From the IMG/VR virus record IMGVR_UViG_3300042465_005479: a stretch of DNA of 64,000 bases. The stretch is one strand, 5' to 3'. A program made the translations under genes and the position numbers. The notes beneath the pieces are model-generated. The model was not told the origin of the DNA, made no database searches, and saw nothing but the letters and a program-made list of their open reading frames with translations. The stretch's first letter is position 1; each line of letters opens with the position of its first letter. The stretch is from an uncultured virus (IMG/VR IMGVR_UViG_3300042465_005479). Its lineage: Duplodnaviria > Heunggongvirae > Uroviricota > Caudoviricetes. Shown here piece by piece: positions 1 through 8,504 of this stretch.

Positions 1-84
1 TTGATTATCTACCTCACCCCCAAACTTATCAAAGTATTTGAATACGACGCTCTTATGTTTGGATTCCGTTATTATTAATTTCAT
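1..84 (-). CDS. 5' part of hypothetical protein with MKLIITES leader (runs off window)
   Basis: Manual translation from ATG at 84: MKLIITESKHKSVVFKYFDKFGGEVDNQ..., open to the edge; TATTTAT motif at 116-122 upstream. Confidence 0.7.
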   Translation of the reverse strand, partial: MKLIITESKHKSVVFKYFDKFGGEVDNQ

Positions 85-150
85 TCTTTTCTATGTGGTA
101 ATTTTAATTATAATTATAAATAGTTAATAACCAAATAAAATATCAAATTT

Positions 151-501
151 ATGGCACATTCAGTAATCCACGCAAAATCATCCGCAAAAAAATATGGCGG
201 ACTATACACCGACTATCTATTCCTTCACGAATGGCTAGACGAAAGCAAACTTTGGGTGCCACACTCAATACACAGAATGTTCAGACATCATAGTATGGGT
301 ATTCACGAAGCAGAACAAAGGTTTGGTAGTCACTTTACCAACTCAGATGGGAAAGTTGTTTATACACGATATATATTAACCGACCATATAAAAGAAGATT
401 GTTTCAATTACGTTCCAACACCTCGTGAATGGTTACAAGCAATAGAATCCAAAGAAAAACCTATGTGGATGATAAGAACACTAGACATTAATGTAGATTA
501 A
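151..501 (+). CDS. DUF6915-like His-rich protein
   Basis: MAHxxxHAKSSAKKYGG...H.WLDESK...HRMFRHH pattern recalled as DUF6915. Confidence 0.65.
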   Translation: MAHSVIHAKSSAKKYGGLYTDYLFLHEWLDESKLWVPHSIHRMFRHHSMGIHEAEQRFGSHFTNSDGKVVYTRYILTDHIKEDCFNYVPTPREWLQAIESKEKPMWMIRTLDINVD

Positions 502-523
502 TATATTTATAATAAAAAGATTT

Positions 524-1225
524 ATGCAACCACAAGTAACTGACGAACAATTAAAATCATTAAAACATTTCTCGTTTTATCTACAATCATATGGAGCTGA
601 AACCGCTTATAAAGAATACTATATAGAATCGTGTGGTTTAGATTGGGAAGATGAACAGTTTCACTCACCACAAACAAACATATCTATAGAAACTTACGCA
701 AAAATTGATGAAGTTCTTACTGAAATAATTGAATCTAATGAACTATTTGAAAACACTACCACAGATTGTGACCTTAGAGGACAATTAACCCTTGAAATTG
801 ATTGTATTGAAAGAACATTAACAGCGTCCGCAACTCAATGGGAATTTGAAAGTAACGGATTTGAGTTTTCAAAAACTTTAGAAGAAATTTCTGAAGATTA
901 TAGTGAAGAAACATATAACGAAGTTTTAAGGATATTTGAACTGATTGGTGAAAATGGTGAAGGTATGGTACAATTTCAAGGTGGAGGTGATGAGGGGTCT
1001 TTAGATGGTGATATGTCTATTAACGGGTCATCTGAAGATATGCCAAAACTTATTGAAGATATGTTATATCACTGGTTAGAAGAAACTGATGTAGATTGGT
1101 ATAACAACGAAGGTGGTCAAGGTAGTTTTATATTTAATCCATCAGATTCCCAAATTTATTTAAATTTAGAACAAAACTACGAAGAAAATGTTAACGTTCC
1201 GATAAACTTTGAAATAAAATTCTAA
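524..1225 (+). CDS. DUF6878-like acidic protein
   Basis: FQGGGDEG and DWYNNEGGQG motifs; follows DUF6915-like gene; TATTTAT at 504-510. Confidence 0.6.
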   Translation: MQPQVTDEQLKSLKHFSFYLQSYGAETAYKEYYIESCGLDWEDEQFHSPQTNISIETYAKIDEVLTEIIESNELFENTTTDCDLRGQLTLEIDCIERTLTASATQWEFESNGFEFSKTLEEISEDYSEETYNEVLRIFELIGENGEGMVQFQGGGDEGSLDGDMSINGSSEDMPKLIEDMLYHWLEETDVDWYNNEGGQGSFIFNPSDSQIYLNLEQNYEENVNVPINFEIKF

Positions 1226-1230
1226 AATAC

Positions 1231-1261
1231 AAAACCCCCTGATTTATCAAGGGGTTTTTTT
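1231..1261. terminator. bidirectional intrinsic terminator
   Basis: AAAACCCCCTGA-TTTA-TCAAGGGGTTTTTTT hairpin between convergent units. Confidence 0.85.
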
Positions 1262-1264
1262 ATA

Positions 1265-1445
1265 GTCAGGTTGGAAGTTCAATAAGTAAGTTAAAAAGAG
1301 TTTTAAGTTTTGACAAATTAATTTTGAACTGCTGAGTGTTGAGGTTTGAGTACTTAATCATCATCAAAACGTCGAGGACTCTGTTAATAGTTTGTATGTT
1401 GAATATTGATAGTCAATATTACATTACATTAAATCCCTCCCGGAC
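1265..1445 (-). ncRNA. putative structured ncRNA downstream of DIP1984-like gene
   Basis: ORF-free; nested helices 1445-1434/1276-1265, 1382-1378/1301-1297, 1370-1361/1316-1307; perfect 8-bp hairpin 1402-1420; loop with CTCAAAC/CTCAACA/CTCAGCA/GTTCAAA. Confidence 0.65.
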
Positions 1446-1451
1446 ACTGAA

Positions 1452-1889
1452 CTATATATTGGTGATTTGGTTATGGTTGTCCAAAATATCCTGAATTTCT
1501 TCAATTTGGTTTTCCATATGTTTAACCATCTCGTCTCTCTCAACAATTGAGATTTCCGTCACTTTTACTAATGGTGTCTCACGATTTCTTGAGTAGTAAT
1601 CTTGAACACTTCCTTCGTTACAATCCAAGTTTTTGATTCTTGTAATCATAGATTTCAATTCCGATAATCTAAAAATGTGATTATATACCGGACCATTTGC
1701 TCTGTGGATGTTTGTTTTAAGTTCCACCAACTCATTACTTTTTTGGTTGATTTGCTCCATACATTCTTTAGCCGAATATGGTCTAACATTACCAACCTCA
1801 ACTGAGTTGTATGTCGCCACTCTAACGTGCAAATCTTGAATCTCTTTAACCAATCGGTTTTTCTCTTTTAAAGCTTTCTTTATATTCAT
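1452..1889 (-). CDS. DIP1984/DUF6847-like coiled-coil protein
   Basis: MNIKKALKEKNRL...LVELKTNIHRAN...EIQDILDNHN matches recalled DIP1984 pattern (M+LAEAL..R..L / L...I..tN / LD..IQ..N). Confidence 0.6.
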   Translation of the reverse strand: MNIKKALKEKNRLVKEIQDLHVRVATYNSVEVGNVRPYSAKECMEQINQKSNELVELKTNIHRANGPVYNHIFRLSELKSMITRIKNLDCNEGSVQDYYSRNRETPLVKVTEISIVERDEMVKHMENQIEEIQDILDNHNQITNI

Positions 1890-1918
1890 AATAAAATTGT
1901 TTTGTTCTTTGTTTGTAT

Positions 1919-1946
1919 AGTATAATCATTTTTTACCGGAAGTCAA
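1919..1946 (-). promoter_or_regulatory. sigma70-like promoter TTGACT-N16-TATACT
   Basis: Upstream of 1889 start. Confidence 0.5.
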
Positions 1947-1947
1947 A

Positions 1948-2286
1948 TCACCAAACCTCGTATCCACAAGTTTTAAACTCACTACCCCTTAATTCTTTAA
2001 TGGAATCTTCAATGGGGGTTTTAATATATTTATCAAAATCATCCGGTTTCATTAAAACCCCCTCCACAAATCCAAATGTCTTAGCAAGACTATTAATTAT
2101 TGATACCATATTGTCACTTCCATAATCATCAGGTATTGAATTTGTTAAAACAATAAAATATTCCCTTTCATTAGGATATGACCAATACAAATAATACATA
2201 CGATAGTCCGGGTGTCTCCTTAATTCAGGAAACTCTTTATAAACTTCTTTTAAAAGTAGTTGTAATCGTTTAGGATATGGGTTCAT
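1948..2286 (-). CDS. hypothetical protein
   Basis: 112-aa ORF packed tightly with neighbours. Confidence 0.7.
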   Translation of the reverse strand: MNPYPKRLQLLLKEVYKEFPELRRHPDYRMYYLYWSYPNEREYFIVLTNSIPDDYGSDNMVSIINSLAKTFGFVEGVLMKPDDFDKYIKTPIEDSIKELRGSEFKTCGYEVW

Positions 2287-2287
2287 A

Positions 2288-3028
2288 TTACATTATGTAT
2301 TTCAAAACCCATTCACCATCCCACTTTTTAACTTGAGATTTAGGAACCCAAAATTCCATTTCACCAATCTCTTCAACTCTTCTCAAGTAATCCTCACGGA
2401 ATCTGTCGGCTTGATTTATGTCAGTGATGTAAGGGATTCTCATATGTTTAGCACAAGTCTTTCCAACACCTGTTAACATTGAAAACTCATCAGTCAATGT
2501 TTTAGCACAACATCTACAAACTTTACTTCTTCCTGTTGTCATTTTTCCTGAGAACTTGAACGCCTTTGGAGAAACTGCCAACAACTTAGTAATGTCAATA
2601 ACCATTGGATTAAATTCTAATCCGTAAGTCTCTTTCATTTGTTGACCAATTTTACGTCCAACAGTTACCGTATCACCCGGAGTAGGAATTTTGAAATTGC
2701 GAGTATCCTCTTTATCAATATCCTTTTGGATTTGAGTTAACGTAGCGTTTACTTGTTTGTCAGACAATGTTCCGTATTTAAGTAACTTACCTTTTATTTC
2801 ATTGACGAAACTATTTGGTCCATCATACTTAGCAATCTTTTGTAAGTTTTCAGACATTGTTTCAACATTAACGGTTTGAACACTTTTAAGTGCTTTCTCA
2901 GCGAATTCCACTTGTTTAGGTGTTAAGTTTCCCCATTTTTCCAAAGATGATTTAATACTTAATAAAAATTTGTTAGAACCTTGGTAATTTCTAACTTTTG
3001 ATGTCGTTGATGTGGTGGTAGTTGTCAT
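2288..3028 (-). CDS. DUF6011-like zinc-finger protein (start revised to 3028)
   Basis: CRCCAKTLTD..S...GVGKTCAK motif; internally repeated 'L.KyG.L+.KQV' unit; promoter at 3050-3080 lies inside the longer ORF call. Confidence 0.65.
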   Translation of the reverse strand: MTTTTTSTTSKVRNYQGSNKFLLSIKSSLEKWGNLTPKQVEFAEKALKSVQTVNVETMSENLQKIAKYDGPNSFVNEIKGKLLKYGTLSDKQVNATLTQIQKDIDKEDTRNFKIPTPGDTVTVGRKIGQQMKETYGLEFNPMVIDITKLLAVSPKAFKFSGKMTTGRSKVCRCCAKTLTDEFSMLTGVGKTCAKHMRIPYITDINQADRFREDYLRRVEEIGEMEFWVPKSQVKKWDGEWVLKYIM

Positions 3029-3049
3029 AGTATATCTGTTTTGTGAGTA

Positions 3050-3080
3050 CAAAGATAATACTATTTTTGATATAAACAAA
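3050..3080 (-). promoter_or_regulatory. Bacteroidota-type promoter TTTG-N19-TATCTTTG
   Basis: Exact match to the -33/-7 consensus. Confidence 0.85.
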
Positions 3081-3107
3081 AAAAAGGAACTAAATGTCCC
3101 TCTTTTT
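3078..3107 (-). terminator. intrinsic terminator
   Basis: GGGAC-ATTTA-GTTCC followed by T run on minus strand. Confidence 0.65.
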
Positions 3108-4030
3108 TAATTTAATAATTCTATTTCCGTGTTATCATCCGTTAAGTGAGTCGGATAAGTTCTCAGTATGTCTTGTTTAATAGTTTTCATAATGTTATTC
3201 AATAATTCGGGGTCATCTTTAAAATTGGAATCCGGAGACATTTTTCTACCAATCATTTTACCTGCCTTAAGAATTTCAACAGATATTTTAATTTTACCAT
3301 CAACATCTTCAATATCTTTAATCATAAAATTAACTCTATGAGCATTATCACCATAACCTCCACTAATTAATTTTGATTGATTAGTCTTATTATCTTTATG
3401 TGTTACAAAACTTGTTACCCTATCAGATTTAACTCTATCAATATTATAACTACCATTTATAAGACGTTCCATCTCACCTTTAGTTATACTCATAACATTT
3501 GCTCGTAAATTTGAATCGTATTTAACCGGGTCAATTTGACTCATTTGTTTTCTAGTAGAACTTGAATAGGTATCTAATGTTCTATACCATTGGTTATTAA
3601 TAAATAAAAATACCGGATACCAACCATATGACTCAATAACATAATACCAATCATTGTTATTGTTTACATTCCATTGTCCTTCAATGTTTGAACCTTTAAA
3701 CGGCATCTTAGCTGTCGCATATTCATAGGCGGTATTGTTGGTAACTTTTCTTTGTTTGAATTGTCTATAGTCTTTGAAATTGTCCTTTGTTAAACTTTTA
3801 TAGTCCCCGTCCGGTCTGAAGTTAGCGGTATATATTTCGTAATACATAGTGGCATCACTTTGTGGGAAACCAAAATATCCTAACATATCTTTAATAAGTC
3901 GAATCATTTCAGTTTTGGTTCCTGATTTCTGCTTATTATCGTTAATAAATTTAAACAACAAAATCTCCTTCTTACTTAAGACAGGTTCTTCTTCTTGTTC
4001 TTTTAATATACGTCTGATTAAATCTTTCAT
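3107..4030 (-). CDS. hypothetical protein with MKDLIRRILKEQ leader (start revised)
   Basis: ATG at 4030 abuts the ferritin stop; YSSSTRKQ motif. Confidence 0.75.
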   Translation of the reverse strand: MKDLIRRILKEQEEEPVLSKKEILLFKFINDNKQKSGTKTEMIRLIKDMLGYFGFPQSDATMYYEIYTANFRPDGDYKSLTKDNFKDYRQFKQRKVTNNTAYEYATAKMPFKGSNIEGQWNVNNNNDWYYVIESYGWYPVFLFINNQWYRTLDTYSSSTRKQMSQIDPVKYDSNLRANVMSITKGEMERLINGSYNIDRVKSDRVTSFVTHKDNKTNQSKLISGGYGDNAHRVNFMIKDIEDVDGKIKISVEILKAGKMIGRKMSPDSNFKDDPELLNNIMKTIKQDILRTYPTHLTDDNTEIELLN

Positions 4031-4031
4031 T

Positions 4032-4628
4032 TTAGAAATAAGTTTGTTCAAAGTATAACACTTGGAACTTATCTGTTTTATCAACCAAATCAATTGCGTT
4101 GATTAAATCATTATATTCTACAACAGCACTTTTTTGAAATTCTCTATACGCCTTTAAGAAATCATATGTAGTAATATCAGTACTAAATAAATCTTGAGAA
4201 TTTTTGTTATACTCTTTCATAAGAGCTAATTCAACTTTATACGCTCCGTAAATGATATCAACCAAACTATCAAAACTATGTGATGTTGGTGCTTGAGGTA
4301 TTACCGGAATGATATTAAAATCTGTCATATACTCTTGAATCCCTTTAGCGTGAACTAATTCATCATCAGCCTCATTATTAAAAAACTCAGCAGCCTTTTT
4401 ATAATTCTTATCTTGACACCAATTTGCCGCCGCTCTGTAATAGTAATGAGCAATATACTCATCTTTAATTCTGTCAGTCAATATTTGAATTGTCTTAGAA
4501 TCCAATTTATATAACTCAACACCACTTGTTTTTGTTTCAGTTGGTTTAGTTTCTTCTTTGGTTTCTTTTGATGAATCCATTTTTTTAATGTTGTCCATAA
4601 ATTTGTCTTTTAATGTATCTTCTGCCAT
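4032..4628 (-). CDS. ftnA: ferritin (non-heme)
   Basis: E..A.YYY..AANWC...Y..AAEFF..EA.DE..HA ferroxidase helices; E...EY and Q...V.E motifs. Confidence 0.85.
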   Translation of the reverse strand: MAEDTLKDKFMDNIKKMDSSKETKEETKPTETKTSGVELYKLDSKTIQILTDRIKDEYIAHYYYRAAANWCQDKNYKKAAEFFNNEADDELVHAKGIQEYMTDFNIIPVIPQAPTSHSFDSLVDIIYGAYKVELALMKEYNKNSQDLFSTDITTYDFLKAYREFQKSAVVEYNDLINAIDLVDKTDKFQVLYFEQTYF

Positions 4629-4629
4629 T

Positions 4630-4950
4630 TTATTTTCCTATTATCAGGTCGTCAAACCCTAGTTTATTCATTCCCCCAACTTCTTCATCATCTTTCAATT
4701 CGTCATACATATATGCTCTAACAACAGATGTAATACTTTGTTCTACCTGAGCTATTTTACTTTCCATCCAATCGTCAAGTTGGTCGTTTTCTTCTTCTTC
4801 CATCTTTTCCCACATCTTTTCAGCTAACTTAACAATAGTATATAATTGTTGTTTTGCCATATATGAACCACGACCTTCATCTTCTTTAATGGTTTTCATT
4901 TTGGTAACCAACTTTTCAAGTTGTTTTTCTGTTAATATAATATCCTTCAT
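4630..4950 (-). CDS. hypothetical late protein with MKDIILTEKQL leader (start revised)
   Basis: YMAKQQL...LDDWMESKIA motif; TATTTAT at 4964-4970; longer call crosses a terminator. Confidence 0.75.
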   Translation of the reverse strand: MKDIILTEKQLEKLVTKMKTIKEDEGRGSYMAKQQLYTIVKLAEKMWEKMEEEENDQLDDWMESKIAQVEQSITSVVRAYMYDELKDDEEVGGMNKLGFDDLIIGK

Positions 4951-4981
4951 ATTCAGTTTATTTATAAATATCATATAAAAC

Positions 4982-5007
4982 AAAAAACCCCCACTATTGT
5001 GAGGGTT
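4982..5007 (-). terminator. intrinsic terminator
   Basis: AACCCTCAC-AATA-GTGGGGGTT-TTTT. Confidence 0.8.
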
Positions 5008-5060
5008 AATTTTGGACCGACATAAAGTCGGCGACTCCACCATCCTATCTTTAAAGAGAA

Positions 5061-5561
5061 CTAGGAAAACTCAGCTGTTGATGATACTCTAAGTCCGTCA
5101 ACTTCTTTATCATAATACTTGGACATATCGGTGAAAGGTTTATAATGAGCCAACCTACTTTGTTCGTCCATATAATTCTTATCCAACACATAACCATCAG
5201 GTTGTCCCCACCCCAAAGCCATCTTAATGAACTCTTCGGTGTCTTGTAATTCACCATATTCGTCCACAACTCTACCTGAACGGATGAACTTAAAAAGTTC
5301 TTCCTTATTAGTGTAGAATTTATTATCCTGAAAGTTCCATAGGAATTTCCACCCTGAACTTCTTTTACCAATATGAATCTTCAATCCATCAATGAACACA
5401 TCCCACGGAGACCATCTCTCAAAACCTCTTTCAATGTCACTAAACTCATTCATTATGTTATCCGGACTCCATATATCCAAATCATTTATTCTTTCAACCA
5501 AGTCAAGGTATTTGATTCTAACCTCACTAGCTTTCGGTATTCTGTAGTAATTTGTACTCAT
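5061..5561 (-). CDS. hypothetical phage protein
   Basis: IHIGKRSSGWKFLW and VVDEYGE motifs. Confidence 0.75.
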   Translation of the reverse strand: MSTNYYRIPKASEVRIKYLDLVERINDLDIWSPDNIMNEFSDIERGFERWSPWDVFIDGLKIHIGKRSSGWKFLWNFQDNKFYTNKEELFKFIRSGRVVDEYGELQDTEEFIKMALGWGQPDGYVLDKNYMDEQSRLAHYKPFTDMSKYYDKEVDGLRVSSTAEFS

Positions 5562-5563
5562 TG

Positions 5564-5755
5564 TTATTGTTTATAAATGTATAATGTGTCTACCGTTTTT
5601 CCATCTGTTGTTAATCTTTTCTCCGGTTGAATTATTTTGTTTGATTGAATCTCTGTTGGTTTGTCTGAACATAACATAAGAAACACCATAAAAAATGTTA
5701 ACATCCCAATCCAAAACCCCACCATAAATACCCCAGCAAGTTTATCTATATTCAT
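5564..5755 (-). CDS. small membrane protein
   Basis: N-terminal hydrophobic helix; coupled to neighbours. Confidence 0.65.
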   Translation of the reverse strand: MNIDKLAGVFMVGFWIGMLTFFMVFLMLCSDKPTEIQSNKIIQPEKRLTTDGKTVDTLYIYKQ

Positions 5756-6006
5756 AACCCTAATTTATTAATTTCTTCATCACTAACCGATGATGTTTCT
5801 TTATTTATATTATCATTAATTTTATCAACCTGTTCGATACTATCTGTTTTAACATCATCTGTCGTTAAACCCGTAATGATTTTGTTAACTTCATTAACGG
5901 AAAATATAAATCCAAGAGCAACGACAATCATAATTATTAAAACAATCTTTTTCCACAGCTTATACACTATGTACCCAACAATAATCAGCGAAATTATTAA
6001 ACTCAT
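5752..6006 (-). CDS. small membrane protein
   Basis: Two hydrophobic segments; 4-bp overlap with next gene. Confidence 0.65.
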   Translation of the reverse strand: MSLIISLIIVGYIVYKLWKKIVLIIMIVVALGFIFSVNEVNKIITGLTTDDVKTDSIEQVDKINDNINKETSSVSDEEINKLGL

Positions 6007-6015
6007 AACTTAAAT

Positions 6016-6291
6016 TTACTTAGTTACTAATGCTTCTACTTTACTTCTCATATGGTCAGCCAACGACATTTCAAATGTTGATGTAACAATAAACGAATCC
6101 ACCAAGTATTTGTATGGAACGTGAATTAAGAAATCACTCCCGTTGAAGAAAGTCAAATCGTTTTTTAATTCAAGACAACCCTGAACCATCTTCAAGAATA
6201 ATTTGAATTGGATTGCGTCAGCAAATGTCTCACCTAATAGTTTTCCAAACTTCTCGTTCTCAATTCTGATTGTATAATTTGTTGTTGTCAT
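6016..6291 (-). CDS. hypothetical early protein
   Basis: Follows promoter 6312-6342. Confidence 0.75.
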   Translation of the reverse strand: MTTTNYTIRIENEKFGKLLGETFADAIQFKLFLKMVQGCLELKNDLTFFNGSDFLIHVPYKYLVDSFIVTSTFEMSLADHMRSKVEALVTK

Positions 6292-6311
6292 ATCTATATG
6301 TTTTGTGATTA

Positions 6312-6342
6312 CAAAGATAACACTATTTTTTTAATATAAAAA
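6312..6342 (-). promoter_or_regulatory. Bacteroidota-type promoter (TATCTTTG -7 box)
   Basis: Spacer and leader resemble those of the 3050 and 9035 promoters. Confidence 0.75.
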
Positions 6343-6348
6343 CTTTTT

Positions 6349-6993
6349 TTACTTTATCTCATCAATTTTTGTTAATTCTAATGTAATCTTATTCAACTTA
6401 TACACACCGAAAGGAATTTTAACTTCGTAATAGTCAAAATTATATCTACTGTCAAGGTATAGACATTCAACACCTACAATTACTGAAGATGGTCTGTAAC
6501 AAATCTTCTCGCCGGTAAGTAAATTATAGTAGTAATTACCAACCGAACCCACATTACCACCAACGTGATATGGATAATCAAGACCAGTACGAGATAAACA
6601 AATCTTACCTTTGGTATCGATAATTACCGAATCACCAAAACTAAATCCACTATCACTCTTCTTAGGTTCCTTTGTTCTTATATAATGAATTAATCCACAA
6701 TACCCCTCCTTAAATCCGTGACACAAACCACCTTTCCGGAATATTTCATCAGAAACCTTCACATCATCTTTATATAGATGCGAGTATTTTGACTCAACAA
6801 TCCTTGGATTTTCAGATTCTTTCTTTAACAACTTAATTGGTCTAAGTTCAAACCCATCATTTAAGGACTGATAAGGATTAACCGGTTTTGGTTTTTTAGT
6901 CAACCCACCAAATATACTATAAAGTCCTCCGTTGGAAATCATCTCTGATGCTAACGTCATTACGTCCAACATTTGTTTTGTTTCTTTATCCAT
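6349..6993 (-). CDS. hypothetical protein
   Basis: 214-aa ORF. Confidence 0.7.
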   Translation of the reverse strand: MDKETKQMLDVMTLASEMISNGGLYSIFGGLTKKPKPVNPYQSLNDGFELRPIKLLKKESENPRIVESKYSHLYKDDVKVSDEIFRKGGLCHGFKEGYCGLIHYIRTKEPKKSDSGFSFGDSVIIDTKGKICLSRTGLDYPYHVGGNVGSVGNYYYNLLTGEKICYRPSSVIVGVECLYLDSRYNFDYYEVKIPFGVYKLNKITLELTKIDEIK

Positions 6994-7000
6994 ACTAATA

Positions 7001-7738
7001 TTATTGTTCCATTGTTGGTTTTAACCACAACAGATTGTTTTTGAAAATGTATCTTTTTAATCTTGGAATGTTATCTAAAATTTCCAAAGTTTTTAATGTA
7101 TCATATTTGAAACACTTTAACAATTCTTCCCTGATTCTTTCAGTTGAAACCACCCCCATTTTAGATTCGTAATCGTATTCTTGAATGTCGTCCATAATGT
7201 AACCCATTCTAAACCCTTTTGTAATAGAGAAACGTACCGCTCTCAAAATTCTTAATGGGTCATCATCAAATGTTTTCTTTGTTTCCAATGGTGTAACTAA
7301 TCTACCATCCGCCAAATCTCTTAACCCTTCAAAGTAATCAATGATTGTTCCATCCTCATCTTTCGCTAACGCGTTTAATGTGAAGTCACGTCTTTCCAAA
7401 TCATCATATAAGGTCCCCGGTTTAACGATTGGTGTTCTTGTTCCCGGAATGTAGCCAATCTCCTTACGAGCCATTACAAAGTCAGCAACACCACTATACT
7501 TGTGGTTCTTTGGGAACTTAGCTCTGATAGTAAAACAATCTGCTGTGATTAAGAAAATTTCAAACTTCTCATCTTTTAAGTATTGTTCCAACATAGAGAA
7601 CATAGATTCCGCAGTATCAAAGTCCTGTAACAATTTTTTGTTGGGAACTGCAACGTAATCCACGTCCTTAGATTCAAGACCTAAAATCTCGTCTCTAACT
7701 TTTCCCCCGACCTCGTAAAACTTAAACATATTTTCCAT
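7001..7738 (-). CDS. cca: tRNA nucleotidyltransferase / poly(A) polymerase family (class II)
   Basis: VGGKVRD, DVDY, DLERRDFTLNALA, DDPLRILRAVRF, ERIREEL motifs. Confidence 0.9.
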   Translation of the reverse strand: MENMFKFYEVGGKVRDEILGLESKDVDYVAVPNKKLLQDFDTAESMFSMLEQYLKDEKFEIFLITADCFTIRAKFPKNHKYSGVADFVMARKEIGYIPGTRTPIVKPGTLYDDLERRDFTLNALAKDEDGTIIDYFEGLRDLADGRLVTPLETKKTFDDDPLRILRAVRFSITKGFRMGYIMDDIQEYDYESKMGVVSTERIREELLKCFKYDTLKTLEILDNIPRLKRYIFKNNLLWLKPTMEQ

Positions 7739-7756
7739 TTTTCCTAAATTATTCTA

Positions 7757-7800
7757 CAAAGATATAATAAAAAACCCCAAACAAAAAATTATTTGGGGTT
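7757..7800 (-). promoter_or_regulatory. terminator hairpin overlapping Bacteroidota-type promoter
   Basis: AACCCCAAA..TTTGGGGTT stem; TATCTTTG at 7757-7764. Confidence 0.7.
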
Positions 7801-7805
7801 AAATT

Positions 7806-8063
7806 TTATTTATTATTTCTCATCGGGATTAAAATTGTTTCTAAAGTTGATTTGTAAGCCGCAAAAGCAAATGGGTTATTCCTATTCGGAGTTTCCTTAC
7901 ATTCAATATAAGCATTTTCAAATAATTCAATTGCGTAATCAATCCCGTTATATTCCACAATCAATTTACCTGCGGATGGAACAGTTAAAGGTTGTTTTAA
8001 ATTGTTCTGTGCACAAATAATATCAACCGCTTGTTTAATTTTGTTGATGTGTGTTTTTTCCAT
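7806..8063 (-). CDS. hypothetical protein (start revised)
   Basis: ATG at 8063 follows the upstream stop at 8065. Confidence 0.65.
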   Translation of the reverse strand: MEKTHINKIKQAVDIICAQNNLKQPLTVPSAGKLIVEYNGIDYAIELFENAYIECKETPNRNNPFAFAAYKSTLETILIPMRNNK

Positions 8064-8064
8064 C

Positions 8065-8319
8065 TTAATACTCTGTAATGTTATACATACCACATATTCT
8101 ATGTGACCTACCAAACTCATCCTTGAATGTTATACACCCATCTTTCTCCACATACTTTTCAGTGTAGAAACTTGTCTCTTGACGTTTGTTACCCGGAATG
8201 GATATTTCATATAGGTGTCCACCTTTTTTTATTTCACCAATCAAATACCCTCTATAACCAACAATACCAATAACAACCGCAAAAACAACTATTACAAACA
8301 CAAATACCCAATTTCTCAT
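8065..8319 (-). CDS. membrane-anchored hypothetical protein
   Basis: N-terminal TM helix. Confidence 0.7.
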   Translation of the reverse strand: MRNWVFVFVIVVFAVVIGIVGYRGYLIGEIKKGGHLYEISIPGNKRQETSFYTEKYVEKDGCITFKDEFGRSHRICGMYNITEY

Positions 8320-8320
8320 C

Positions 8321-8503
8321 TTAATCTAATTTATTATTAATAATTGACGCTAAAACTCCACAACAAGCACCAACACCTATAAATACTCCGGTTGGAATCT
8401 GATGTATATTACCTCCACATACTATAACACTAACACACACTAAACCAATAACCACACTATAAATCAGTATGGACAAAAACATCCCTCTTAACATTTCTCT
8501 CAT
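8321..8503 (-). CDS. small two-TM membrane protein
   Basis: Two hydrophobic helices. Confidence 0.65.
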   Translation of the reverse strand: MREMLRGMFLSILIYSVVIGLVCVSVIVCGGNIHQIPTGVFIGVGACCGVLASIINNKLD

Positions 8504-8504
8504 A

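Noticed and set aside
5010..5050. tRNA-like appearance of the GC-rich element
   Set aside because: Too short; no cloverleaf or T-loop GTTC
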